IMG/VR virus record: IMGVR_UViG_3300020193_000012
Strand: one strand, 5' to 3'
Origin: an uncultured virus (IMG/VR IMGVR_UViG_3300020193_000012)
Taxonomy: Duplodnaviria; Heunggongvirae; Uroviricota; Caudoviricetes
Length of the DNA: 64,000 nucleotides
Shown here: positions 17,874-26,775 of the stretch, piece after piece
Numbering within the stretch: position 1 is the stretch's first letter
How the letters are laid out: the number at the start of each line of letters is the position of its first letter
The notes under the pieces: model-generated
Seen by the model: only the letters and a program-made list of their open reading frames with translations
Told to the model about the DNA's origin: nothing
Database searches by the model: none
Position numbers and translations under genes: made by a program

Positions 17874-18205
17874 ACGGATATTGTGTCGTTGACCATAGCC
17901 ATTCCTTCAAATATTTTTGTCACTTTTCCAGTTGTTGCATGAGTTAGAATTACATCATAATAATTTCTACCTGCGGTCAGTTCAGCAGTTACCGTAGAAC
18001 CCATAGAAATTTTAACTTCACCAGTCGCTACAGTAATTGTTGTAGTAAATGATTTTGATGAAGTTGCAGTGGGATGCTTACGAATTTTTGCAGTTGCTGA
18101 TTGGTTCGTTAATGAATAGACAGAATTATCAGCATTTGTAACATTATAAGTCGCTTCAAAACTGGTTCCCTTTTCAATTACAATATTAACTGCAGGTACT
18201 GTCAT
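17870..18205 (-). CDS. Small beta-sandwich baseplate/fibre adaptor (BppU-like, 111 aa)
   Basis: NIVIEKGTSF, AKIRK, TAELTAGRNYYDV, IFEG pattern. Confidence 0.7.
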   Translation of the reverse strand: MTVPAVNIVIEKGTSFEATYNVTNADNSVYSLTNQSATAKIRKHPTATSSKSFTTTITVATGEVKISMGSTVTAELTAGRNYYDVILTHATTGKVTKIFEGMAMVNDTISV

Positions 18206-18228
18206 CGGATTGAAGTAGTTTTAAATAT

Positions 18229-19032
18229 TTATTCTAAGTTCATTTTTTTCCAAAAATTAAATACTGAATATTTGTCTAAAACCTTTCTGGGTATATAATC
18301 TTCCGGAGAGTATTGAGTTTTTGTGATGCCATTCTCTTTCACTTTATGCAAATTATTACCATGAATACTATCATCATAAACAACATTATTTGCTTTGAAT
18401 TGTTCTACTCTGGTAAAATTATGTTTATATGGCTTTATTTTTAAAAACTTATATATTTTTTCAATAACTTCTGGTGTTTTGGATACTAAGTCATCATAAG
18501 TTAAGAAAAGAGCATATTTTCTATTCTCTTCTTTTAATAAATTATGAACAGACCCTAAAGAATGATGTATCATTCCGTGGGATTGTATTAAATAATCACA
18601 TTTTTCTTCTATGGTTGAGTAATCGTCAAGAAAATTTCCTGGATTTTCTTGAGACCATTTAATGAACGATGCTAAAACTTCTTCTATATCTCTTAATAGA
18701 ACAATTATTTTTATTTCATTTGGAGAATATTTCTTCAGTAGGTTTAAATTATCCAAAGTTCCCCAAGGAGATCTATCTATTATAACTTTAGATTTCCAAT
18801 TACTATAATAATTAGGAATTATATTCTTACAAACATTATAATGTGACTTTGGATCATAAAAATTTTTACTTCTATCCTCATTTTCGCACAAATCAACACG
18901 ATAAAGCATTTCAGAAACAATACTATTTGAAGATACTGAAATTTCTTTATTTTGGTTTAAAATAGAACCAAGAAGTGTATTTCCTGATCTGGGAATACCA
19001 GACAAGAAATAAAATTTTTTATCACGAAACAT
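18229..19032 (-). CDS. Sulfotransferase family protein 2
   Basis: GIPRSGNTLL; closely paralogous to 9739-10539. Confidence 0.85.
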   Translation of the reverse strand: MFRDKKFYFLSGIPRSGNTLLGSILNQNKEISVSSNSIVSEMLYRVDLCENEDRSKNFYDPKSHYNVCKNIIPNYYSNWKSKVIIDRSPWGTLDNLNLLKKYSPNEIKIIVLLRDIEEVLASFIKWSQENPGNFLDDYSTIEEKCDYLIQSHGMIHHSLGSVHNLLKEENRKYALFLTYDDLVSKTPEVIEKIYKFLKIKPYKHNFTRVEQFKANNVVYDDSIHGNNLHKVKENGITKTQYSPEDYIPRKVLDKYSVFNFWKKMNLE

Positions 19033-19039
19033 AGTTTAC

Positions 19040-19408
19040 CTATTCTGCAGTTACAACTTCCCAATCATTTGTATCAAAATTCCACTGAATAATTTGATTT
19101 GACTCTAAATTTAAATCTGGTTTCTCAATAGGAGGAATCCAATTTCCAATTTCATTTAATATCCAATTTGGTTGTGGTTTTGGTGGAAGAAATCTATTAT
19201 TCTTTTTATCATAAGTCCATCCAACCTCAACGTTTTCTATATTTTCTTCAATTTCAATCCAAGTCGTATCAATACCATACTTCTGTTTACAAATACATTC
19301 TACCATATTAGAAACTTTAAATCCATCTGGATCTATTATTTCTTTATCGTCAACAAAACAAATTTTGATAACTACATTATCTTGATCTAAGTAAACAGAT
19401 TTTGTCAT
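19040..19408 (-). CDS. Tail-associated protein, paralogue of 30555-30971 (122 aa)
   Basis: GWTYD..F.PPKP.PNW.L...W.PP..W....W pattern. Confidence 0.75.
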   Translation of the reverse strand: MTKSVYLDQDNVVIKICFVDDKEIIDPDGFKVSNMVECICKQKYGIDTTWIEIEENIENVEVGWTYDKKNNRFLPPKPQPNWILNEIGNWIPPIEKPDLNLESNQIIQWNFDTNDWEVVTAE

Positions 19409-19424
19409 GGTAATTCCTTTTAGT

Positions 19425-20813
19425 TTATGCTAAGTATCTGATAATAACTATACCAGGACCACCACTACCTGGATCTCCATAACTATATCCAGCACCTCCT
19501 CCTCCACCACCACTATACAAAACTGCATTAGTTCCATTAGTACTTGGAGAATCGTATCCTAATGGTGGATGATTAAATGATGATGGTGGGAAAGTTGTAC
19601 CAGGGCCAGGGGCTCCATTTGGTGCTCCAGCACCACCACCGCCATCACCTCCTCTACCACCACCATAGGTTCCTCCTTGAGTAGCGTTATAATTAGAACC
19701 TCCACCACCTCCAGCAAAGTATCCACCGAGGGGATCTAATGTTGACTTGACTGTGGAACCAGTTGGAGTTGATGGATCACAAAATAAGGGAGCAGTAAAT
19801 CCAGCAAAAGTTTTGCCGATACCACCATCTGCTCCTCTTGATGATGTTGATCCGGAAGTAGCTGGCGCACTTCCTATATCTTGACCCGCTCCTCCTGCAC
19901 CCCCACCACCAGCTCCTCCCTGGTCTAATGCTGGACCATAGCACATTCCACCATTATTTCCCCATCCACGAAGCCCCATATAATATGTTGTTGGGAATAA
20001 TCCCTGGTCATAATATGTTGGATGAACTCCTGGAGTTCCTGGAACAGGGGCATCTGAACCATAAGCGGTGGGTGATGCTGGTAATGGATTTGCTGGATGT
20101 GGCGTATATGGTGCAGGAGTTATTGGCGATGATGGATATCCTGAACCAACATATACTGATGGAGCGTCAGGTGACTTAGTAATTGTAGCACTAGTATATC
20201 CAGGATACCCTCCAGTTCCATACTGATTACCAGCTCCTCCTGAAGAACCACCGGCAGATCCTCCACCCATCCATGGTGCTGGAGCTGCAGCACTTGGATT
20301 ATTAGGCGTTCTATTATTACTTGCATATCCATTTCCACCACCACCACCATATGCTCTCGCAAAAGATGATGGATTTGGAAAACTTGTACCACTCAAATAA
20401 AAATCAGTTGGAGAACCCCCTAATCCAGCATTTGTATGTGGTCCTCCCCATCCACCTTTACCAACCGAGACTTGGTAATTGCCATCTCCAAGAGAAATTG
20501 ATCCTTGAAGAACGCCACCTGCTCCTCCACCACCAGCAATAGACTTGCCTCCGGCACCACCACCACCAACTATCAAAATTTCAACGGATTTTGAACCATA
20601 CCCGTATATTGTAAAAGTGCCAGGTTCTGTAAAAGTATGATACTTATATCCGTTTCCTGGAGTCAACCCATTAGCAACATTTCCTCCCGAAATATAAGGA
20701 AACCCGGTATTAGTACCACCACCACCACGCACAAAAGTATTACGGAAATACTCTAATAAGTGTCCTTCACTGCGATTATTTTGTGTTGTATTTTTAGAAC
20801 TTTTTGCACCCAT
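19425..20813 (-). CDS. Gly/Pro-rich adhesin-like virion protein C (462 aa)
   Basis: TPGNGYKYHTFT; long Pro/Tyr-rich insert; GGPGIVIIRY end. Confidence 0.8.
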   Translation of the reverse strand: MGAKSSKNTTQNNRSEGHLLEYFRNTFVRGGGGTNTGFPYISGGNVANGLTPGNGYKYHTFTEPGTFTIYGYGSKSVEILIVGGGGAGGKSIAGGGGAGGVLQGSISLGDGNYQVSVGKGGWGGPHTNAGLGGSPTDFYLSGTSFPNPSSFARAYGGGGGNGYASNNRTPNNPSAAAPAPWMGGGSAGGSSGGAGNQYGTGGYPGYTSATITKSPDAPSVYVGSGYPSSPITPAPYTPHPANPLPASPTAYGSDAPVPGTPGVHPTYYDQGLFPTTYYMGLRGWGNNGGMCYGPALDQGGAGGGGAGGAGQDIGSAPATSGSTSSRGADGGIGKTFAGFTAPLFCDPSTPTGSTVKSTLDPLGGYFAGGGGGSNYNATQGGTYGGGRGGDGGGGAGAPNGAPGPGTTFPPSSFNHPPLGYDSPSTNGTNAVLYSGGGGGGAGYSYGDPGSGGPGIVIIRYLA

Positions 20814-20828
20814 TTGAACTACCTCTTA

Positions 20829-21230
20829 TCAGATATCAGTATCACCAAGGATTTGATAGTTTACTACACTACCAATACCTGTCCCCCCTGATGCTGGTGC
20901 TGTGACTTCTACAACAATCTTTTCTTGGTTTGTAAGAACTAGTGGATAGTTCATTTCAAAGAAAAAGGTTTCGTTTTGTGCTAGATCTACTCTTGCAAGA
21001 CGATAAATTGTTACCCCAACACCACTAACTGCTTGACTACTTGGATAAACGTAGAGAGATGAAGTAGCAGTTGAAAGTCCGGTGTTGTGCATTACCACAC
21101 CACGAAGATAAGTGGTTGATGCGATACCAACACCACCTGCAGTTTGTGTAGTTCCAACAGTCAAAATACCAACTGTTGCGATACCTGTAACTGACCGAAT
21201 ACCTAATAATTTAGTTCTCTTGAGTGCCAT
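20829..21230 (-). CDS. Tail-fibre adaptor-like protein (133 aa), paralogue of 29570-29932
   Basis: Shared YL..V..HN, TFFFE..YP..L, LGD motifs. Confidence 0.75.
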   Translation of the reverse strand: MALKRTKLLGIRSVTGIATVGILTVGTTQTAGGVGIASTTYLRGVVMHNTGLSTATSSLYVYPSSQAVSGVGVTIYRLARVDLAQNETFFFEMNYPLVLTNQEKIVVEVTAPASGGTGIGSVVNYQILGDTDI

Positions 21231-21252
21231 TTTATTTTTCTTTTTAAGTTAT

Positions 21253-22281
21253 TTATCCAAACAAAGTTGCATCAAGTTCATTAAAATCTCCACCTCCACC
21301 ACCAGAAACTGGAAGGTTTGTCAGATTAGCTCCAGATCCAACAAAACTTGTTGCAGTTACAACACCAGTAACATTAACTCCTGTCGCTCTAATAGTAACT
21401 GCAGAACCCACAATTGCTGCAGTGGCAGTTACGACACCAGTAACATTAACTCCCGTTGCTCTAATAGTAACTGCAGAACCCACAATTGCTGCAGTGGCAG
21501 TAGCAACTCCAACTGTAATGTTTGGTGTTCCGGAAAGTCCAGTAGCAGTTCCTGTTACGTTACCAACAAAACTTGTGGCAGTTACAATACCAGTAGAATT
21601 GATATTTGATGCGTATGTTGCTCCAGAAAGTGTTGATATTCCTGAGACATTTAGATTGTCAAGTTGTCCTGCTGTCGTGACAAGTGATGCAACATTATAT
21701 CCGATTGACTCGATTTCATCATTTAAGTTTGCTGGATTTGTAAGAACAAATGTAGTTCCATTAGTAGCAGTAAAATCAGTTCCAGATGCTAGTCTAATAC
21801 CATTACGATAAACTTCTAGATAACCGACAGTGTAACTTCCAGTAACTGTAAAAGTAGTCTGTCCTGCTGTTGCAGTAAATGTTGTTCTGGTATAAACATT
21901 ACCATTATTTGCATAATCTATAGGAACTGCTGGTCCTAATGAAACTGCAGAGAATGAAAGTCCAAGAGCAGGTGCAGTCGTGAAAGTAATATTACTTCCA
22001 GAAACAGAATAATCATCTGATGGATCTTGAACGACACCACCAAGATTAACAATTAGAGATTGTGCAGTTGCTGGAGAAACCGCTACAGAATTAGAAGTTA
22101 ATGCAAAAGTTTGAGTGCTACCATTAAAACTAGCACTTATATCATCTATAATTTTAATATTAGCAGTACTTGCTGCAGCAAAACTCTTCCATACTGTTCC
22201 ATCCCACTCATAGGAAAACCCCGATGTGCTATCAGTATAAATCTGACCTACTGTGGGAGAATTAGGAAAATTAAGTGCCAC
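21253..22281 (-). CDS. Tail fibre segment (342 aa)
   Basis: MALNFPNSP..GQ..YEWDGTVW N-terminus; FTATAGQTTF domain; GVVTATSF. Confidence 0.8.
   Translation of the reverse strand: MALNFPNSPTVGQIYTDSTSGFSYEWDGTVWKSFAAASTANIKIIDDISASFNGSTQTFALTSNSVAVSPATAQSLIVNLGGVVQDPSDDYSVSGSNITFTTAPALGLSFSAVSLGPAVPIDYANNGNVYTRTTFTATAGQTTFTVTGSYTVGYLEVYRNGIRLASGTDFTATNGTTFVLTNPANLNDEIESIGYNVASLVTTAGQLDNLNVSGISTLSGATYASNINSTGIVTATSFVGNVTGTATGLSGTPNITVGVATATAAIVGSAVTIRATGVNVTGVVTATAAIVGSAVTIRATGVNVTGVVTATSFVGSGANLTNLPVSGGGGGDFNELDATLFG
21353..21496. repeat. 72-bp tandem duplication (24 aa) inside the fibre gene
   Basis: Near-identical units 21353-21424 and 21425-21496. Confidence 0.9.
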
Positions 22282-22307
22282 TTCTCTTTATTCGCTCTTT
22301 TGTTTAT

Positions 22308-22478
22308 TTATTCAGTTACAATAATGCCACCAAAAGATAACTCCTTGGTGGCATCTGCTTTTCTTGTATATTTTTTACGATCTTCAAAAACTGTTGTCCA
22401 ACGATTTTCGCTATGGTAATAAATGATATTTTCTTGACCTTGAATTTGTTGCGACTTCTCTATATGGTATTTTGCCAT
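22308..22478 (-). CDS. Small hypothetical protein (56 aa), not in the ORF track
   Basis: MAKYHIEKSQQIQGQENIIYY...GGIIVTE; AAGG RBS. Confidence 0.65.
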   Translation of the reverse strand: MAKYHIEKSQQIQGQENIIYYHSENRWTTVFEDRKKYTRKADATKELSFGGIIVTE

Positions 22479-22491
22479 GTTAATACCTTTT

Positions 22492-23046
22492 TTAAGTATT
22501 TATCGCTTGATGGTCTGGAAGTTTAGGAAGTAAATCAAAAGAGATGATTGTTCGTTGTTTTCTTGATTGATTGGGATGAACAAAGTGTAGTGTATAAGAA
22601 GGAACGATAAACAATGTACCCTCTTGTACGTTTTGAGGATATGCAAGAGTTGTTGTATCAGTTCTTGGGTCTTGCCAAGGTGCGACAAAACAAGTTGGAG
22701 TGTGATGTTTTGGGTCATACTCCACATAAAGAACACCAGAAAATCCCCAACTTTTATGGTTGTGAACTGTCTGATGGTCTCCTTGCTTATACCTTACTGC
22801 CCAACAATCAGTCATACTACAAGTAACTTCTGCTTCCTGACAAAACTCAAATAATTGAGGTTTGATGAGGTCTTGAAAGTAATGCAGATATGACTTTTTG
22901 TTAGTTTGTCTATCAGTCTCAAAAGTTTGCAGAGTGGTTCTTACAAACTTTTGAGAGTTGATACGATTTAAGATGCCCTTTTTCTTAAACGACCAATCAT
23001 CAACTTGATACTGATAAGAAGGGTATTCAAAGAGTGGTGCTTTCAT
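22492..23046 (-). CDS. 2OG-Fe(II) oxygenase-fold protein (HxH type)
   Basis: W..RY..GDHQTVHNH, SGVLY, EGTLFIVPS..LHFV, R.IISF. Confidence 0.8.
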   Translation of the reverse strand: MKAPLFEYPSYQYQVDDWSFKKKGILNRINSQKFVRTTLQTFETDRQTNKKSYLHYFQDLIKPQLFEFCQEAEVTCSMTDCWAVRYKQGDHQTVHNHKSWGFSGVLYVEYDPKHHTPTCFVAPWQDPRTDTTTLAYPQNVQEGTLFIVPSYTLHFVHPNQSRKQRTIISFDLLPKLPDHQAINT

Positions 23047-23656
23047 ATTTTTTTACCTGATAACCTTTATGTTGTTTCCAAATACCATTAGCAACTTCAC
23101 ACATATGTCTGTTATTGAGATTATTGATGCGACAATACTCTGCCATATTGTTGGTTGTTTCTATTATACCAGAGGGTGTTATTATTTCATACATCCATTT
23201 ATTACATCTGGTATTTCTTCGTCTGTCAATTTCATCTTTGGTCCAAACTTTTCCCTTCATTCTGATACTCATTTTTTTCTTCACTTCTTCACTTAACAAC
23301 CTTCCTTTACCAGCAACACTTAATTTTTTTCTAATTTCTGGTGTCATACCTTCCCGTGTCTTTTGTGATATTAATCTTCTTATCTCTTCTGTATGTTTGT
23401 GTCCAGACACTCCATCACCGCCATCAGTTCTATTCCAGAGTATTCCAGTCCCCAAATCTTTTCTTCCATATACAGAAATCATATAAATTTCGTGTTTAAA
23501 TGCGTCTTCTTCCGTGAGTTTATCTTTGAGGATAAGTATTCTATCTTTTGGTGGAACGCAAGTGTTGTAATGAGTTGAATATGCTCTGTTATCCTTCCCC
23601 TTTCCAATATAATAAGGAGTTCCGTCTTCACGTAGGTAAGCGTAAGTGTAATACAT
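23027..23656 (-). mobile_element. Free-standing GIY-YIG-like homing endonuclease gene with NUMOD3 repeats and C-terminal HTH-like domain
   Basis: YTYAYLREDGTPYYIGKG..RA, KHEI, LWNRTDGGDG, HTEEIRRLIS. Confidence 0.85.
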
Positions 23657-23752
23657 TTCTACTCTAACTTGGTCGCAAAAGTATTTATACTAAAAAGGAG
23701 GGACTTTCACCCTCCTCCTGAAAAGTGCGACCAAATCAGGTATTAGTATTTA
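23657..23752 (-). ncRNA. Putative regulatory module: late promoter, short antisense RNA, terminator, second late promoter
   Basis: TAAATA 23747-23752; arm 23726-23742 complementary to 5' UTR 23660-23677; hairpin plus T5 at 23692-23718; TATAAATA 23682-23689. Confidence 0.65.
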
Positions 23753-24475
23753 TCTAGCACGGTCCCAAGCACAGTGAGCTCTCTGTCCGTCTTGCAAGCA
23801 ATAATGAAAAAAGATTTGATGGTAGTACAACTGTTCCTGATTTTTACCAAACAGTTTCTTACCCTTCTTCATACCAGGCATCGGGTCACGCCAGTGTGGT
23901 CTTTCACAACCTTTATAAATCATTCCATCACCAGGTTTTAGGATTACAGAACGGTTTTCGCCAGGAACGAGAATTTGGGTTTTCTTCTTATCTGCGTAAG
24001 TATCTGGGGTCTTAATCCAGATAGCCCAATTAGCATCCTCACCAGTCAGATTGGTGCTGACGTGAACGGTCACAGAAATCTCACAAGCATCACGGTCTGC
24101 GTGTTTTGTTAGTGCCTGCCCTGGAAAATAGTAGCGATCATAATAATAAGTATTATAAAGTTTACGACCTAGTGCCTCTTCTAGTTTTGTACGAATACCA
24201 CAGTGAATCTGACGGTATTGTGGGTGCCAATAACGAGCAAGTGAACCTTCAACCTGCTGTTCTACTGGTGTATGAGTAAACTGGTCCATCTTTTTACCCC
24301 ACCAGTTCATCTGTCCACGCTCTTCTGGAAGTGGGTGGTAGAGTTCTTCCGGATCCCATAAGTCTTTAATGACCAGGTATCCATTCTTTTCAAAGGATTC
24401 GTTGTGAGTCCAGGCAGTACCAGTGTTCTGCCGCTCTTGCATCATCAGTTGCAGTTCTGTCATTTGTTCTGCCAT
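23750..24475 (-). CDS. 2OG-Fe(II) oxygenase
   Basis: KHADRDACEISVT, PGDGMIYKG..RPHWR, QIFFHY. Confidence 0.85.
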   Translation of the reverse strand: MAEQMTELQLMMQERQNTGTAWTHNESFEKNGYLVIKDLWDPEELYHPLPEERGQMNWWGKKMDQFTHTPVEQQVEGSLARYWHPQYRQIHCGIRTKLEEALGRKLYNTYYYDRYYFPGQALTKHADRDACEISVTVHVSTNLTGEDANWAIWIKTPDTYADKKKTQILVPGENRSVILKPGDGMIYKGCERPHWRDPMPGMKKGKKLFGKNQEQLYYHQIFFHYCLQDGQRAHCAWDRAR

Positions 24476-24485
24476 AATCTATGCC

Positions 24486-25112
24486 TCACTTCCAGCGTGG
24501 GCCAACAACCCAAGATACTAATGAGCGTCGTGTTCCTTTAGTTACCTTAAGAACTCTATGTTGTGCTCTGGAGTCAAATACAATTACTGTTCCACGCTTT
24601 CTAGGAACAATATAACTATTATTTGCTTCATCTAATATCTGTAGGTTCCCGCCTTCATAATCATCGGGGTCTGAAAGTTGCACGACTACACTCAATTTTC
24701 GGATCAATTCACAGTTTTCATTAATAAAGTCCTGTGCAATCTCTTGACCATTACCACGATTACCGACTGATACTGGTTTATAATGAGTTGCTAAACCTGC
24801 ATCATTATGCCAGGAATAAAACTGTCCTTCTGTGTATTTTGTAAATTGAATACTTTCTCCATCAATATTACGAATATCATAAAGAAAGTTTTCACGATTT
24901 GCTCTTTCAATATAATGCCAAAGAAAACCACCAATCCAGTGTGTGGTGGGAATCCAAGCATTTTGTGAGTTTCTTTTATCACGATTGAGTGCGTCGCCGT
25001 GTAAACGACTGTCCGCCATTTGCTCATCAAAATGTTCTACTGCGTCTCTTTCTAGAATATCTACGATGTCTTCAGGAATTTGTGCATAATACCATACAGA
25101 TTGTAGCGCCAA
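24486..25112 (-). CDS. 2OG-Fe(II) oxygenase, prolyl-4-hydroxylase-like (TTG start)
   Basis: YSWHND, RKLSVVVQLS, YEGGNL, FDSRAQHRV, RRSLVSW; AAGGAG RBS at 25121-25126. Confidence 0.9.
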   Translation of the reverse strand: MALQSVWYYAQIPEDIVDILERDAVEHFDEQMADSRLHGDALNRDKRNSQNAWIPTTHWIGGFLWHYIERANRENFLYDIRNIDGESIQFTKYTEGQFYSWHNDAGLATHYKPVSVGNRGNGQEIAQDFINENCELIRKLSVVVQLSDPDDYEGGNLQILDEANNSYIVPRKRGTVIVFDSRAQHRVLKVTKGTRRSLVSWVVGPRWK

Positions 25113-25143
25113 AGGTCAATCTCCTTATAATGTGCTCAACGAT

Positions 25144-25172
25144 ATTATATAGAAACTTTTTAGGAATGTCAA
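25144..25172 (-). promoter_or_regulatory. Consensus sigma70 promoter overlapping the endonuclease stop codon
   Basis: TTGACA-N17-TATAAT. Confidence 0.85.
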
Positions 25173-25867
25173 TTTACAAGTTCTACTTTTACGATATCTT
25201 TATGAGGAATACCCTTGTTTTTAACACGATAAACGCAACTATCAGAGTATGGATTATTTCTACACCACTCCATAATGCTATTAACAATTAACTCTCTTCC
25301 ATCATCAAAAATGATTTTATGAGGTTTTGCTTTTTTCATATGCCCCATACTCATTTTTTGTTTTGCTTCTTCAGTATGCTTAAATCCCTTCTTTGCTTCA
25401 CTTACCTTTCTTTTATGTTCTTCAGTGCAAGTTCTGCCCTTTCTAGCAGCACTTTGTTTTGCTCTGGTTTCATCACTTGCTTTTTTACCTCTATTACTTG
25501 CAGCAATCTTATCATAAACCCATTGAGGTCTCTGCTTACCAAGATTTGCTTGACGAAGTTTTTCCCTTGTTTCTGCACTTCTTATTGCACCCGAAGCACC
25601 ATCACCACCATCACTTCTATTTCTTAAAATACCAGCACCTGAATCAATTCTACCAAACATTAAAATATAAAGTTTCTCTAACAGGAATGCTTCATCTTCT
25701 GTTAAATCTGCTTTGAGTATTCTAATTCTTGATTTATCTCTTGGTGGTTTAACTTCTTTTGGTCCCTTGTTATATGCTCTTTTACCAGAACCCTTTCCAA
25801 TATAATAAGGACTATGATTTTCACGGAGGTAAGAATAGATGTAGTATTGGTTCTTACCGGAAGCCAT
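25169..25867 (-). mobile_element. Free-standing GIY-YIG-like homing endonuclease gene with several NUMOD3 repeats
   Basis: YIYSYLRENHSPYYIGKGSGKRA, LRNRSDGGDG, repeats ETREKL/ETRAKQS/EHKRKVS/EAKQKMS. Confidence 0.85.
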
Positions 25868-25890
25868 ATGTGAATAATGTATTCGGTGTT

Positions 25891-25919
25891 ATTATATATG
25901 ATGTTGCGAATATTGTCAA
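25891..25919 (-). promoter_or_regulatory. Consensus sigma70 promoter
   Basis: TTGACA-N17-TATAAT. Confidence 0.85.
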
Positions 25920-25932
25920 CTTTTGATAGAAT
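25904..25932 (+). promoter_or_regulatory. Divergent sigma70-like promoter for the plus-strand sulfotransferase
   Basis: TTGCGA-N17-TAGAAT, 21 nt before the ATG at 25954. Confidence 0.55.
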
Positions 25933-25953
25933 AAAGTATCATCAAAAAATAAT

Positions 25954-26775
25954 ATGAAAAAATATTTTTTTCTTGCGGGATTACCTCGCTCTGGAAACAC
26001 TTTGTTATCAACGATTTTGAATCAGAATCCCGATATTAAAGTTTCTGCTAATAGTTTTTTGTGCGACTATATGTATCAAACTGCTATGTTTTTTCATAGC
26101 GAAAAGTATTGTAATTTTCCGGATAAAAAATCTTTATCAAATCTTATCACATCTTCTTTCGATTCTTATTATAAAGAATGGGACGCAAAATATATTATTG
26201 ATAGAGGTCCATGGGGAACTTTTATTAATTTAAATCTTTTAAAAAACTATTTGAATAATGAAATTAAAATAATTTGTACTGTAAGAGATATTGTTGAAAT
26301 TATTGCTTCTTTTATAAAAATATGTCCAAATAAATTAAAAAATCAATTAAATTATGAAATACAATCTGGAGTAAGATTTTTTGAAACTTATAAAGAAGAA
26401 GTAGAACTATTTTGCGAAGTAATAACAAACCCAAATGGACAGCTAGAAGAATCTTTATTTTCCTTACAAAATTTATTAAAAAAAGATAACAGAAAATATT
26501 TATATCTCATAGAATATAAAGATCTCATAAAAAATCCAGAAAAAACTATTGATGAAGTATATGACTTTTTAAACATAAAAAAATACAATCATAATTTTCA
26601 AAATATAAATCAATTCTGTGAAAATAAAGTATACTATGATGATTCAATTTTTGGTGGAGATTTGCACAAAATTGATAAAATAATAAAATTTCCAGATTAT
26701 AGCGTGAAAGATGTTTTACCCGATTATCTTATTGAAAGATATTCAAACAGAGAGTTTTGGAGACACTTTTTATGA
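25954..26775 (+). CDS. Sulfotransferase family protein 3 (only credible plus-strand gene)
   Basis: GLPRSGNTLL, IIDRGPWGT, RDIVEIIAS. Confidence 0.85.
   Translation: MKKYFFLAGLPRSGNTLLSTILNQNPDIKVSANSFLCDYMYQTAMFFHSEKYCNFPDKKSLSNLITSSFDSYYKEWDAKYIIDRGPWGTFINLNLLKNYLNNEIKIICTVRDIVEIIASFIKICPNKLKNQLNYEIQSGVRFFETYKEEVELFCEVITNPNGQLEESLFSLQNLLKKDNRKYLYLIEYKDLIKNPEKTIDEVYDFLNIKKYNHNFQNINQFCENKVYYDDSIFGGDLHKIDKIIKFPDYSVKDVLPDYLIERYSNREFWRHFL

Noticed and set aside
22492..25867. Group I introns hosting the endonucleases
   Set aside because: Flanking genes look complete and intergenic space is too short for an intron core
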